64,000 nucleotides of DNA from Botryllus schlosseri (taxonomy: Eukaryota). The number at the start of each line of letters is the position of its first letter. Positions within the stretch are counted from its first letter, which is position 1. The stretch is from the NCBI GenBank assembly GCA_051294905.1, contig CM119371.1, positions 33,296,001-33,360,000 on the forward strand. Direction: 5' to 3'. Position numbers and translations under genes: made by a program. Positions 51,921 through 64,000 of the stretch are shown piece by piece. Below the pieces are notes generated by a model, which was given only the letters and a program-made list of their open reading frames with translations, did not search any database and was not told where the DNA came from.

Positions 51921-53029
51921 TACTCCACACTTGCAAGACCAACAAACTGAACAAATTCACAAAGTGCCTCGCGCTGACGCTCAAAAGACGCTACAGGAGC
52001 GTTATCAAGCGCTACCGCGCGGCGGGAGTTTCGCGTTAGCTCGCGCCGCCAGGTCGCGTCAGAGCGAGTCAGATCGCGGTACAGGGAGTCTTTAGAATAA
52101 ACAAAGAATGCCTCGCGGCAACTCATCGTCTAACCGAACCTTAAAGGCTTTAACCAGAATGTCGAAAATCAGGACAGACGTCAGCGTTTTTGACGACATG
52201 CAGGCATCAATTGTTGTGTCAGGCTTACTTACGATAAATTCTGAATTCAAACACAGACACATACGTTACTGCCGCACAGCGCCTTAACCACATTTTCAAT
52301 CCAGAAATATAGCCTACATGTTTATTTAAAATGACAGTAACATGTTCAAGATTAGTCATTCATCAAGACCAATGCTTTTCAAACTGTGGGATACGCACTT
52401 ATGGGAATTTGCAGTGCGAATGACGAAAGATGTGCGAATGAAAATCCTGATGAGTAGTGTGGAGTAGTGAATTAACATTTTCGCACTATAATTATTATAT
52501 AACCAAAAGCCTGGTTTGAATGCCGGTGTAGTGGCAGAGATATAGTATATCAGACCGTCTGGGTCCGCGACAGGCTGGAAAAATGACGTCATATTGACTT
52601 TCTGCTTTCTTTTGCTGAACAATCGTTATATTTTCGTAATAAAAATTAATTAGCACGAGGCACGAGGATAGTAGTACCAACAATACAGACTCACATTTGC
52701 AAGTTACTGTGGCGCAAATTCTTATCCCTTCAAGGGTTATTAAAGTATGGGCCGCAAAGGGTATAACGTTAGGTCGACACGATGCCAGAGCTATTTATTG
52801 ATATGTATGCAGTATTTGTTGAATATATTGCAAAAATCCTGCGAGGTTACTGTTGTTGCGTACTATAGCCAATAAGCGAGACACACATAAAATACGGATC
52901 GATCATGAGAATCTATCGACCTTTGGTTTGAATTCATGATAGGATTTATACGACAGGTTTTCTGAAAGACGTGGTCGAAGGCCGTTGAGATGAACTAGTG
53001 TAGGGGTGTGCAACGAGTGCGTCCAGGCC

Positions 53030-53400
53030 TATGAGACTAATTCATTTCGAGGCCAACTCCTTCTATGTCGGGGCAAATGAAGATGTATAGTTTTGGCCAA
53101 CATACCGCTGATAAAATGCGGTGCCAAATCATCAGCGGCGACAAAACCTTAGCTAAAAATGACCGTCGCCAGATGGCCGAAATCTTTCGATATGGATACG
53201 CTTCATTGTCGGCAGTCTGCACTTAATAGTCCCGTTCTTGCAATCCGAGAGGACAGCAGTACACATGCGACGAGCAGAGGAATTTAAATCACCCCTATTC
53301 GAAATCGCGTGCGTCAGACATGTGTTCGTGTTGCGTACAATTGTGGTCTGCACGTTCGGTATCCTATGTCATACATGTCCTTAAAATCGTGGCATACTTC
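53030..53400 (-). mobile_element. Highly decayed LINE RT remnant
   Basis: FVAADDLA followed, after a frameshift, by EGVGLEMN; resembles RT motifs 5-6. Confidence 0.3.
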
Positions 53401-56400
53401 TGTAATAATAACAATGCATTCTTTTACATGTGTGAGGCTCGAGTCGAGATGCCACAAAATCTTTGATTTTTCTCCTGTTCCAAGAAGCTGGTTGTTGGTT
53501 ATTGAAGGTTTTCGATCTGTTATTGAGTTTCGAGTGAGAGATCTTTGCTCTTCCCATTAACTCGCGAGACTGAAAATGGGAAATCGAAAATTAAAAACAG
53601 AACGTCTGAGAAACGTATCATAGGGTAGCGAGCTCTAATGTGCGTACTCTCCGTGATCGTGTTGGAGCATATTTCACCAGACATCAGGCAAAGTATAACA
53701 ATTACAAATTTAGATTGGTTTGAGCCAATGAAATTCATTTTCCAAAAAAGGGCGAATCGGTATCCCAAAAGGTTAAAAAGAACTGTTATAATATGTCTTT
53801 CCTGTATTTCTGTGTTCTGACACTGACCGATTTTGAGCATGTATTAGGTTTACCATATTAGCTACTTTTTGCAGACTCCGTTATGGCGTGGAAGTCGCCG
53901 GTGGTGGATGACGAAATTCACTACTAAGACGTTCGTTTGAATAAAGGTATAAAGAGTTTCTAGAAGACGACGTTGGCTTTCAAATACCTCCCTATCACAT
54001 GCGATGATATAAAATCATCGAGACTGTTGTATCGATGATGTACATTTTACATTCTATAAATATTACTTTGAAACTGTTTTGATTGAGATCAGGGTACTGT
54101 CGGCTCAAATATCACTTACATAAGATTGTATCTACTGATTCCGTTTGTCTGGACAATTTTTGTAACCCGATACTTCCGAGCATTATTTAATGCACTGTTT
54201 CGAGTATGTACGGCAAAGTACAAATCTGAAACGCTATATTACAATGATAGTCATTTTGGTACGGCAGAATAAGTAACCAATGAGTGCATCTTGGATCATG
54301 TGATTTAGTATGTCAAGTGAACACGGCGCGATATTTAATGTTTATGCCAATGAATTTATATATATAAGCCTACCGTTTGCAATGTTAATTTAAAGGCAAT
54401 CAGGGTGAATTCCCATTGATATCCATCATTTTAATGTGATTCTTCTCTTTGAAATAAAAGTAATTTAAAACAGTTGTACGCATAGCACTATATAAAAATA
54501 TCACTTTGAAAATGGTTTATCGTCACACCTATATCGCGTTTACGAGTATGCAGTGTTCAGGAAACTGGCCATTTATTCATCAGCATTTTCACAGCTATAT
54601 ACGCTCATCGCGTTCATGCGATTCGTGCGTTGGGTTTAGCATTTAAATACATCCGGCTTCAGTCCGTTTCATGCATCGTCGCGGCTCTTGCGAAATCGAT
54701 GCATAAGCTGTAAGCTCGCCGTGCATGTTAACGGTATTAGCGACGATGTCGATAGGCTATGTGAACGTGAGTATTATGGGAAGCTCATAGTCATCATTAG
54801 TCAGGCTCACCCAGCTTTCGAGATAGCTTGCTCTGCGGTATATTTTACATTGGGAAGATAGCGGGATTATAATAATAGAAGCTTGTTTATGGATTCGAGA
54901 AAGTGTGCTAACTGTAGCCTGATACGTTGCCTATCATGCAACATGCCCATTTTGCCTGAAATCTTCTAAAATTACTATACACATAATAGCACTCGCGCTA
55001 GAGATAATAGTGGTGAATTTGAAAAAAAACATCGTTTATCAAAAATCATGTCTATATCATTTGACGCTCGTATAAAGGATTATAGCGTACCAGTATTTCG
55101 ACTATGAAATCTACGCGAATTCAATTGATGATGCAGCCTGGATTCGTATTTGTTGAAATGTTAATTTTCTTATATTACTTCAGGGTCAAGTCATGGTTAA
55201 ACTGTTGAATAAGACTTGTACAAACTACTAATTTAATTGCCGTTCAACTATAACTAACGGTGTTTTGAGTAGTTCTAGTCCTATTTGCAGTTGCAGATTT
55301 CAAAAACTGAGTAGTTCTAGTTCTTTTTAAATTGAAAAGTGAGTGGTTCTAGTTCTAATTGCAGATAATGGAAAGTGAGTAGTTCTAGTTCCGTTCTGGT
55401 TTCACATTTGAAGAAATATTAGTTGCCGAACAACTAGAATGCACATGTTGTCTTTTTGCGTGATTCAAGCTACCGGCGTTCTGTTGAATAATGTTTGTGC
55501 AGCCATTGTTAGCTCAGAGCCATCACTGCTCTCCAAAGTCGAAAGCACGTATTTTTGATATGTCTATTCCATGTCTGATATTTCTGATTAAATAAAAATG
55601 AATGTGTTTCCAAGTTAAATGAAATCCAGTTCAGAACGGTTCTTCACGTTTAACAACTGGCATACCCCTGCCCAACAGATGAGAAACTACTTTTTAGACA
55701 ATGAGAAGCAGGGAATACGTTGGCGGGCGAAGTCAAAAGTTTGCTCTGTTTTCTAGTTATGGTTGCGTTTTTTTTTTAAAGTGAGTAGATCTGTACTTAG
55801 TTTTAGTTGCAAATTCAAGTCAATTCATTTTAGTGGAGTGTCTTGAGTCAGGTCATTCGGAAAATGGTAATAGAGCAAAGCCATGACTCCAGTCGTGTGA
55901 ACATTAGTTGTCCCTAATAAAAATGTTTAGAGTGTGCCAGTATTTCGACGAGGAAAGTGACTCGAATATCTATATTCAACTTCGTCCATTTCTAAAGTAA
56001 AGTAAAAGTAAAGTGTGCGTATTCTGCCCAAAATAATGGGAACAGAACCTTACTCAGAATTATATCGCGGTCATAAATCCTACGCGCTTACTTGCATATC
56101 TTCCTACGTACATACGCGAATGCATCATTTGAAATAAAATGTTGTACTCGAGTCTGAGGTATGCTCCGATTTCTTGTGCCATGGGTGTATACTGTAATTA
56201 ACACCCGTATATTATGGGTGGTATATGGGTGGAAATACACAATCTTTTTGTTAAGAGTGTAGAATGGCCGTTTACCAGACATAGGGCCATATTCTGCGGC
56301 TGCGGCCTACATCAGTGGTCGGGATCTTTTTTCGTCTGAAGAGCCATGTTAGCCCTATATTTTCCATTTTAACTCCCAGCAGAGAGCCATACATGTCAAT

Positions 56401-57489
56401 TAATTGTTACAGCGCAATTGAAAATTTGCGACGTCATGGTGTTACAAGTTCGAACTTACTACATGGGATTAGTCATGCGTGCCATATTCTCCATGTAAAA
56501 CTGGGACGCTACTAACCATCCTGTGATAGCGCAATTCATCGTAAATAGCTCAGAATTTATAATAATTGATATTAATCTAATATAACGGTAGAACTGATTC
56601 CGGAAATTTAAATATTGATCGACTTCTCAATTCGCGGACCCCCTGAAAATGCTTCGCGGAACCCCGGTTGAGAACCACTGCTGTGAACGACTCTCGGCGG
56701 TATCACGTTTATCTGGACAAGGCAATATAACCTCGACTCAGCAGACTCACTACCATAAAATCACATGAAGATAATTATTTACGATCAAACCCTCTAAATT
56801 TCTCTCTCTAGCACAATATAATTGTAAAAAAATGGTTGCATACTTTACGTTTTGGTTTCATTTCAATTTTGAAAGTTCACCAGTCCGCCAGACATTTTTT
56901 TCAAATTTCACCGGTCTGCGAGGTGAAAAAGGTTGATAACCACTGATTTAGAGCCCAATTGTGAATGATTTCTCCCATGTTTAGGCTTGGCATGGTCTCT
57001 GATATATGGGTAATTCCTCTGGCCTCATATTCGTGCGATGAACTGTCAGCCATATATCATTATAGTGATAATCGGCTGATCATGGACATTGTCGCTGCAT
57101 GTTGAACCAATGCTCAGACGACGATATTCTATAAACTGTTCCCTTCGCGAGCGCTGCATTCTTTTGAATTCACCGTCAGACTTATACGCAGGGTTGGCAT
57201 CGACATGGACCAAAAAATAAGGACAGTCGAAAAATTGAATTAGCATGAAATACCGTTTTTGTACATATACTGTGTTTATACGAGTCGTGGCATATCACAT
57301 TTCATACTTTTCACCAGAAACAATCTGCTCCAGCAACTCCCTGTTATTAGAAAGTGCTTCATAGATCTCGAGACAGCTCAGTTCTAGGTTTACCTTTACT
57401 TAGGGCCAAAACAGCACTTCGTCAGCCCTCCCCCAAAAAATACCCTTGGTGTTGCCCCCCTGGGGTGATAAACCAAATATCGTCACCTC

Positions 57490-58545
57490 GTTAAGGCGAG
57501 GCGTCAACCAATATGGAAAAAGGCCGTACACCAAGTTTAGACAAAATCATTTTTGAGCGTATAGAGTAACAACTCCAGTAACAATACTTGTAGTCTTGGT
57601 CCTGGCCGAAGAAAACTTATTTGCAATGTTGGAATCGGGGAATATTGCTCTGAACAATTGCGATGTGTAATCGTTGGTGCGGAATGACTGCTGATTTTTG
57701 ACAGTATAGAATGCCCAGGTAACCTATGAAGTAGCTGCCTTGTAGTCTGAGGTCGTTGGTGCTGATCGACTTGTGGAAAAATTATTCATCGACTGGCTCA
57801 AATTAATCATCATGATACACTTCTTGTGTTTTAGGGTATCAATGTAAATTGAAGTAGCGTTCTCTCCTATGGCCTCCAGGTTAATGTCACGATTGCAGAT
57901 ATTGCTATGTGCGAAACATTCGCCCTTCAATCTTTGTTAGATACCGTTGAATTCTATCTCATAATCGATACGAAAAACACTTTTACGCCTGTTTATTTCA
58001 ACTAATCCGATTTAGCCTTCTTTGTAGCTAAAACTATATGCGCAAGTGCAATATAATTTGGAGAAATTTATCAATGATTTATAGCTCGACTGCACTGCGC
58101 CTTTTTTCACTACGCAATAAATGCTTCTTTTCCCACAGCTTGAGCTTATTCTGCTGTAGACCAAACAGCAGTAACCTGGCATTGCTGTTTACTGCTAAAA
58201 TGACGTCCGCTGCGGTAGCTTGGTACAGCCGAAACTGCTGTACCACCACTCACTGCCCTAGCTATCTCACCACTTAGAAGTCAAATCTTGTGGTGTGTAC
58301 GTCACGAGAGTTCCTTTCATTTATGATGTCATAAAATCTCGAATAAGTTTAATTTTAGAATATTATGCAACATAGATACCAGAGGAATACGATCAAAAGT
58401 TTTGTAGCGGTTGAAAATAAGACAAAATAAGGACGCAAGTCGAAAATAAGGACATTTCTTAGAAATAAGGACAGTCGAGTTTTCTAAGACGTGGCCCTTC
58501 AAAATAAGGACAAATCTTAGAAATAAGGACGGTGTGGCAACCCTG
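57490..58545 (-). mobile_element. Second copy (one arm) of the CAGGGTTGCCA hAT family with transposase remnant
   Basis: Ends TGGCAACCCTG at 58545; reverse match to 39979-40270 plus 41276-41750; remnant AFYTVKNQQSF...FPDSNIANKFSSARTKTT. Confidence 0.8.
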
Positions 58546-60641
58546 CTTATACGGATATTTGGGCATATCGCAATCGCTCCATAGCTTCAGTCTCCATCGT
58601 AAATTAAAGGCTTAACATAGCAACAAAATGACTCGTAAATTAACCGAAATGAGTATCAAAAATTTTAAGCTTAAATTATTACTAGATATAGTATTTGGCT
58701 GAAAAGTTGATCTGCCAACAGTTGCATCGAACATCAAGGATTGTAAATTCAATCACAGATATTGCAGACAGAAACATAGATGGTTTGAGCTTATCCCATG
58801 TTCCGTTGATATACATAGCCTACATTAATGAATGCACTAACAAATGATGTCAAAGCCATAACCACAACACGTCAAAATCCGGTATTTCGCAGTTAAGAAT
58901 TAAAATATCAACGGGGCAGTGGTACGCATTACGTTCAGAGCACTAATAACTTGATAAGTATCACGCTGTTCACTGCCGCCAACCTGCCATTTCAGGTCAC
59001 GGAAAAGTCAGTCAGCATTTATATCAAGTCCTATTTTACAAGCCTAACACAGACTAGCAATCAAGGTGACTGAACTGCTATTCGAAACGCCATTTGACTA
59101 CCAATACACATCGAAGCAAGCATGTAGAAAAAATTCAATAATGGCCCGAAGTATCTCTTGCTCAACTTATCTCAACGAATAACTTCATTCATATTCCCTT
59201 CCATCGCGATGGTCTCGAAAATACAATACGCCGGCACGGAGGGAATATAATTCAAACTTTAAGTACGCAACGGTAAACAACATCAGATGACTTATGACAT
59301 CACAATCACTCCACGCTCAAGTACTCACGAACCTGACAAAGCTAGACAGAAGAAACGTCACCGTAAAACCGCGTGATAATCAAGCGCAATTTGATTGGTT
59401 AATAACGCTGACACCAATATCTTCAGCCGGCCGATGGAAAGAAGAACAATCGATCGTTTGAATTTAAGAGCGATCAGTTTTTGTACAAAGGGGCCGCCTC
59501 ACTGTAGTGGCAAAACGTTTGCGTTAACTTCTCTCCTGCACAATCTTCGCCTCTTTCGGCAATACACACTTTTGGTGACTGGGTAACTATCACTTCAATG
59601 CATTTTTAGCTCGTTTTATATTCATGTCTGGTTTGATTCCAGCATCTGTTGTGTTCAACCGGCTTTGATTCAAGATTCATTCAGGACATGCTAAGTTATA
59701 CCTGCAAACTGTCATTTTGCTGGTCACACCAGCATAGTCTCTGCCTATCTTCATAACTCTTTCCGTGAGATCATTGATGACCTTGACAGCACTTGTGTTT
59801 TCTGTCGTCAGGTATGTAAATAGCGTGATCGGTATTTAACTTTATCATACGCGCTGCTGCATCGTTAATTTCTATTGAGCACTATCGAAACGTGGATCAC
59901 AGATTCATTCTGACACTTGAAGACTCGACCAGATGGTGTTCCACAGCTATAGCATCAATAAGAACCATGATTCTGTCCCAATCAAATACATCATCATAAA
60001 TATGACATATGACTCTGTCGTTGAATAGGTTTACAGGAGCTATCAGAGTCACAAATTTAGATGAATGATCAGATTAATATTGCGCATTTTGTGCAAATTC
60101 AAAATCCAACAGTCATAGCCCTGTTCAATACGTGGTAATTGCAGGTGCCGATATGCCTATTCTTACCAATATATGAATCTAGGCGTGTAGGGACAGGAAG
60201 TCGCCGGAAGCGCGACGGAAATTTCCAAGTTCAATAAATCTCCTCCAACATACGACCAATGAGATGTTTTTGGGGCCCTTCTAGCTACCCAATCGGAGGT
60301 TTGGGGTGAGACCGTAGTAGATCGTATAGCTTTTGTGCTCCCTATGGCCGTCCGCTGTTCCACTATCGTTGCGAAACCCAATGATCTAATCCACGCATCC
60401 ATTGTGTGATTGGGGTTTTAGTTCCATTGTGGTGAGGATGTAGATCCACTATGGTGGGAAATAATACAACGATTCAGGTACAGCTTCGAACAATTATTTG
60501 GTGAATGGAATAAAACAGAAAAGTGGAGATATGATTTTTTGCAAGCAATGTGCATAACTTGTCTTGTACCTACTTAAGTTGCAATGTCAGAACATCATAT
60601 CCAATGATACAATCAATAAATGTGACTCTTACGTTCTACGC

Positions 60642-61972
60642 CAGTGGTTCCCAACGTGGGCGATATCGCCCCCCAGGGGGCGATTTGTCGGTCCAGGGGG
60701 GCGAAAATAGCCAAGGGGGCGATAGGGGGCGAAACGGACGAAGGGGGCGATAGGGGGCGATGGCGCGTTGAAATGGCTATATTGGCGTCCATGACCGTAA
60801 CTTCCACACCCAAACCCCCAATTGGGATGGGGTGGCCCGAGCACGAAGGAGGCCCACAATTTTTTCGTGAATTAACATTATTGATTTTGAAAATTTAGGC
60901 AACTTTTTCAAGAAATTTTCGCGCTACGCGCCATTTCGTGGTCACATATTTCTTGCTTATTGGATACCCTTCCTCCAAGAAATAATACGCATGCGTTATA
61001 GAAATGGGCATCTCGGCGTCAGCCATTAACACACCATGATGAATCAAGACGTATGAAGTTTCAGGCCATGTAACATGCGACTCCGAAAAGTGTGCCAGAA
61101 CGAGAAAACCTTGGGGGAAAAGGACTGCCCTTATGCTGACCGACTACGACAGATATACGATATACATATATATTTAATTGTCCATAGGCGCCTAAATGGC
61201 AGGCGCCAAATGTTCCTGTCCTGGCAATCGGAACCCCACAAAAAATGCCATCTCGCAGAGAAAAAAATAATTGCCAGTCCAGAAATACCAATTTGAAATC
61301 GTGTGCGTCGTTTAGTTTAGTACGTATGGGCGATTTGAATATCTTTTGACATAGCAGACAGGCCACGAAATGTCATTACGTAACGAACTCATTATACCCA
61401 CGGGTCCGCCCGAATATGTTCAATCATTATTTACGGGCCCTACATTTTCCAAGACACCTCACTCAGTTTTACCGGTAAATCTGAATACATGAGCAGAGAG
61501 AGGATAAAAAATTGACAGCAATATATATGCAATTCCGGATCATATTGACCGATTCAATCATGAATGATCGAATTTTTTCGCGCTTCGCGCGAATTAAGCC
61601 GTCTAACAATTTGTGCTGAGAAGTAGCGGTAAAGAGGTATCGGGGGTTGGGTCTGAGGGGTGCAAAAGTTTGCTTTATCGCCCTATTGAGATGGGGGACA
61701 AGACCAACGTATTGGGGGCGGGCTGACGAAGTGCTGTTACGGTCCTTTGGGAATCAAGTCGGAGAAATAACCTTTTTTGTTAGTCAACTCACCAAAATCT
61801 AGCTGGAAAAGTGTAATTTCGAGGTCGAGCCGAAACGTTGACCTTTTTCTTAGTCATCTCGCCGATGATTTCAGTCTGTATGCCCATTTTTCGGTTCCTA
61901 ATATTTGGGGGGCGATGATCGGTGTGGAGTTTGAAAAGGGGGCGATGAGTCGAAAAAGGTTGGGAACCACTG
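60642..61972. mobile_element. hAT Charlie-type MITE with GGGGGCGA repeats and a nested repeat
   Basis: CAGTGGTTCCCAAC TIRs; exact TSD TTCTACGC; interior 61360-61745 belongs to the 16920 family. Confidence 0.88.
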
Positions 61973-62670
61973 TTCTACGCAATGATTTCAACGCCGGACA
62001 TTTTAAACCAACTGCAAAGATGAATGTGCCGCGCTAATTCGCCAATCCATTGCGAATCGTTGCGGTGGTGACGTAAACTTCCACAGAAAGTTGATTGTCG
62101 ATATTATATTAAAATTATGACTATTTTTATGTTGCAATAAAACGACCTGCTGAATTACCGTAAATCAACATCAAATACACTTCAGTTCGAGTTTAATGCA
62201 GAGTGCACACCCTATTCAAGTGCTTCCAGTTATTATGTAATTCAAATGGACAACCCCTGGCTTGAGCGCTCTCTTGGCTCCAATGAGTCGAAATTTCATG
62301 AAGGTGGGAATTGTTGCTATACAATGCCTTTCCCATTATCTACTAGTTGCTGACTATTAACTCGTAGAAGTGTGACCCGTAAATATTCCGGTTTATTTCA
62401 ATATGGCCATACTATTTAATCGTATTTCAGATATTATCATACTATCTTTAAGATAGTTTTATGTGCTAAATAAATCTGTCTCACTTACAAGAATAACCTC
62501 AAGAGTCATATGAATATGCATATTGTTATCAGAAAGTATGTATGTGATGTATGTGGGAAAGCATTTACTAGGAAGCAACACCTGAAGCGTCATATGGATA
62601 GGCATGCCGGTATCATGAATGTGATGTATGTGGGAAAGCATTCACTTTTAAAGGTGACCTCACTAAACAT

Positions 62671-63915
62671 ATGAATTTGTATACCGGCATCAAAAATCAT
62701 GAATGTGATGTATGTGGGAAGGCATTTACTTGGAAAGGTGGCCTCGCAAAACATATGAATATGCATACCGGCATCAAAAATCATGAATGTGATGTTTGTG
62801 GGAAGGCATTTACTTGGAAAGCTGACCTCACGCAACATATGGATATGCATACTGGCATCAGAAATCAGAAATGTGGTGTTTGTGGGAAAGCATTTACTAG
62901 GAAGCATGACTTCAAGCAACATATGGATATGCATGCCGGCATAATAAATAATAAATGTGATGTTTGTGGGAAAGCATTTACTAGGAAGCACGACCTCAAG
63001 CGTCATATGGATATGCATACTGGCAACAAAAATCATAAATGTGATGTTTGTGGGAAAGCATTCATTAATAGGAATAAACTCTGGATTCATATGAATGTGC
63101 ATGCTGATATCCGAAATCATGATTGTGATGTATGTGGGAAAGCATTTACTTGGAAGCATTACCTCAAGTATCATATGGATATGCATGCTGGCGTCAAAAA
63201 GCACCAATGTGATCTATGTGGGAAAGCATTCATTAAGAAGAATACCATCATGCATCATAGGAATATACATGCAGGCATCAAAAATCATAATCATGAATGT
63301 GATGTATGTGGGAAAGCATTTACTTTGAAAGGTGAACTCACAAACCATATGGATATGCATACCAACATCAGAAATCATGAATGTGATGTGTGTGGGAAAG
63401 CATTTACCAGAAAGTATGACCTCAAGCAACATATGGATATGCATGCCGGCATCAAAAATCATATATGTGATGTTTGTGGAAAAGCATTTACTAAGAAGCA
63501 GGACCTCGAGGCTCATATGGATATGCATACTGGCAACAAAAATCATAAATGTGATGTATGTGGAAAAGCCTTCACTCATAAGAATTACCTCTGGAGTCAT
63601 ATGAATGTGCATGCTTACAGCAAAAATCATGATTGTTATGTATGTGGGAAAGCATTTACTAGGAAGCAGGGAATCGAGCTTCATATGCTTATGCACGAAG
63701 GTGTCAAAAAACATAAATGTGATGTATGTGGGAAGTCATTTTCTAGGGACCATCACCTCAAGTCCCATTTGGCTAGGCATGCTGGCGTCAAAGAACATGA
63801 ATGTGATGTATGTGAGAAAGCATTTACTACGAAGGGTGAACTCAAGCATCATATGAATATACACGCAGGCGTCAAAAACATAAATGTGAAGTATGTGGTA
63901 AAGCATTCACTCTGA
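62671..63915 (+). CDS. Tandem C2H2 zinc-finger protein (14 intact fingers; frameshifted or degenerate fingers on both flanks, array runs off the window)
   Basis: 28-aa repeat CDVCGKAFTxxxxLxxHMxMH with (T/A)GIKNHE linkers. Possible acceptor atttcag at 62430. A 7-bp deletion at about 62613 and a 1-bp deletion at about 63878 bound the ORF, so it may be a pseudogene. Confidence 0.88.
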   Translation: MNLYTGIKNHECDVCGKAFTWKGGLAKHMNMHTGIKNHECDVCGKAFTWKADLTQHMDMHTGIRNQKCGVCGKAFTRKHDFKQHMDMHAGIINNKCDVCGKAFTRKHDLKRHMDMHTGNKNHKCDVCGKAFINRNKLWIHMNVHADIRNHDCDVCGKAFTWKHYLKYHMDMHAGVKKHQCDLCGKAFIKKNTIMHHRNIHAGIKNHNHECDVCGKAFTLKGELTNHMDMHTNIRNHECDVCGKAFTRKYDLKQHMDMHAGIKNHICDVCGKAFTKKQDLEAHMDMHTGNKNHKCDVCGKAFTHKNYLWSHMNVHAYSKNHDCYVCGKAFTRKQGIELHMLMHEGVKKHKCDVCGKSFSRDHHLKSHLARHAGVKEHECDVCEKAFTTKGELKHHMNIHAGVKNINVKYVVKHSL

Positions 63916-64000
63916 AGATTACCATCATGCGTCATATGAATATGTATGTTGGCATCAGAAATTATGAATGTGATATAGGTGGGAAAGCATTTACTTTGAA

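Larger units (their letters stand above)
43519..52141. mobile_element. PIF/Harbinger transposon, full length, with three internal insertions
   Basis: 11-bp TIR AGGTTCGGTTA / TAACCGAACCT with TAA TSD on both sides; encloses convergent MADF and DDE transposase genes. Confidence 0.85.

Noticed and set aside
51748..51984. 78-aa ORF listed in the ORF track
   Set aside because: Wrong frame; the overlapping frame starting at 51920 is the transposase exon.
55995..56530. Possible SINE with a (TTTAC)n tail on the minus strand
   Set aside because: No convincing A/B boxes, TSD or second copy in the window.
58700..60400. Possible decayed retroelement or 5' exons of the zinc-finger gene
   Set aside because: No motif or exon chain could be supported by eye.
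62459..63856. Long antisense and alternative-frame ORFs over the zinc-finger array
   Set aside because: These are shadow frames caused by the 84-bp periodicity and have no independent motif.

Overview
This is eukaryotic (invertebrate-like) genomic DNA: AT-rich, with GT-AG introns, and dominated by nested DNA transposons and MITEs. No prokaryotic operon or CRISPR array is present. There are two host-type genes. One is a six-exon, strongly diverged SMUG1-family uracil-DNA glycosylase (+, about 15993-29672) that the ORF track shows only in pieces. The other is a tandem C2H2 zinc-finger array (+, about 62430-64000; 14 intact fingers). The most complete mobile element is a PIF/Harbinger transposon (43519-52141, TIR AGGTTCGGTTA, TAA TSD). 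It has an intact MADF gene and a two-exon transposase whose first exon (51770-51920) carries a single nonsense codon. Its intron holds the most unusual structure here: a ~3.95-kb foldback element with ~270-bp inverted arms, a 16-copy ~195-bp satellite, and a 291-bp tRNA-headed (SINE-like) spacer bounded on both sides by the same motif. Also present are two Chapaev3-type relics bracketing the SMUG1-like gene, a CACTG/TA-TSD element with an empty-site control, a decayed hATm-type transposase with nested insertions, many hAT MITEs with exact 8-bp TSDs, and a CR1/L2-type RT fragment. All family assignments come from motifs recognised by eye, not from database searches.
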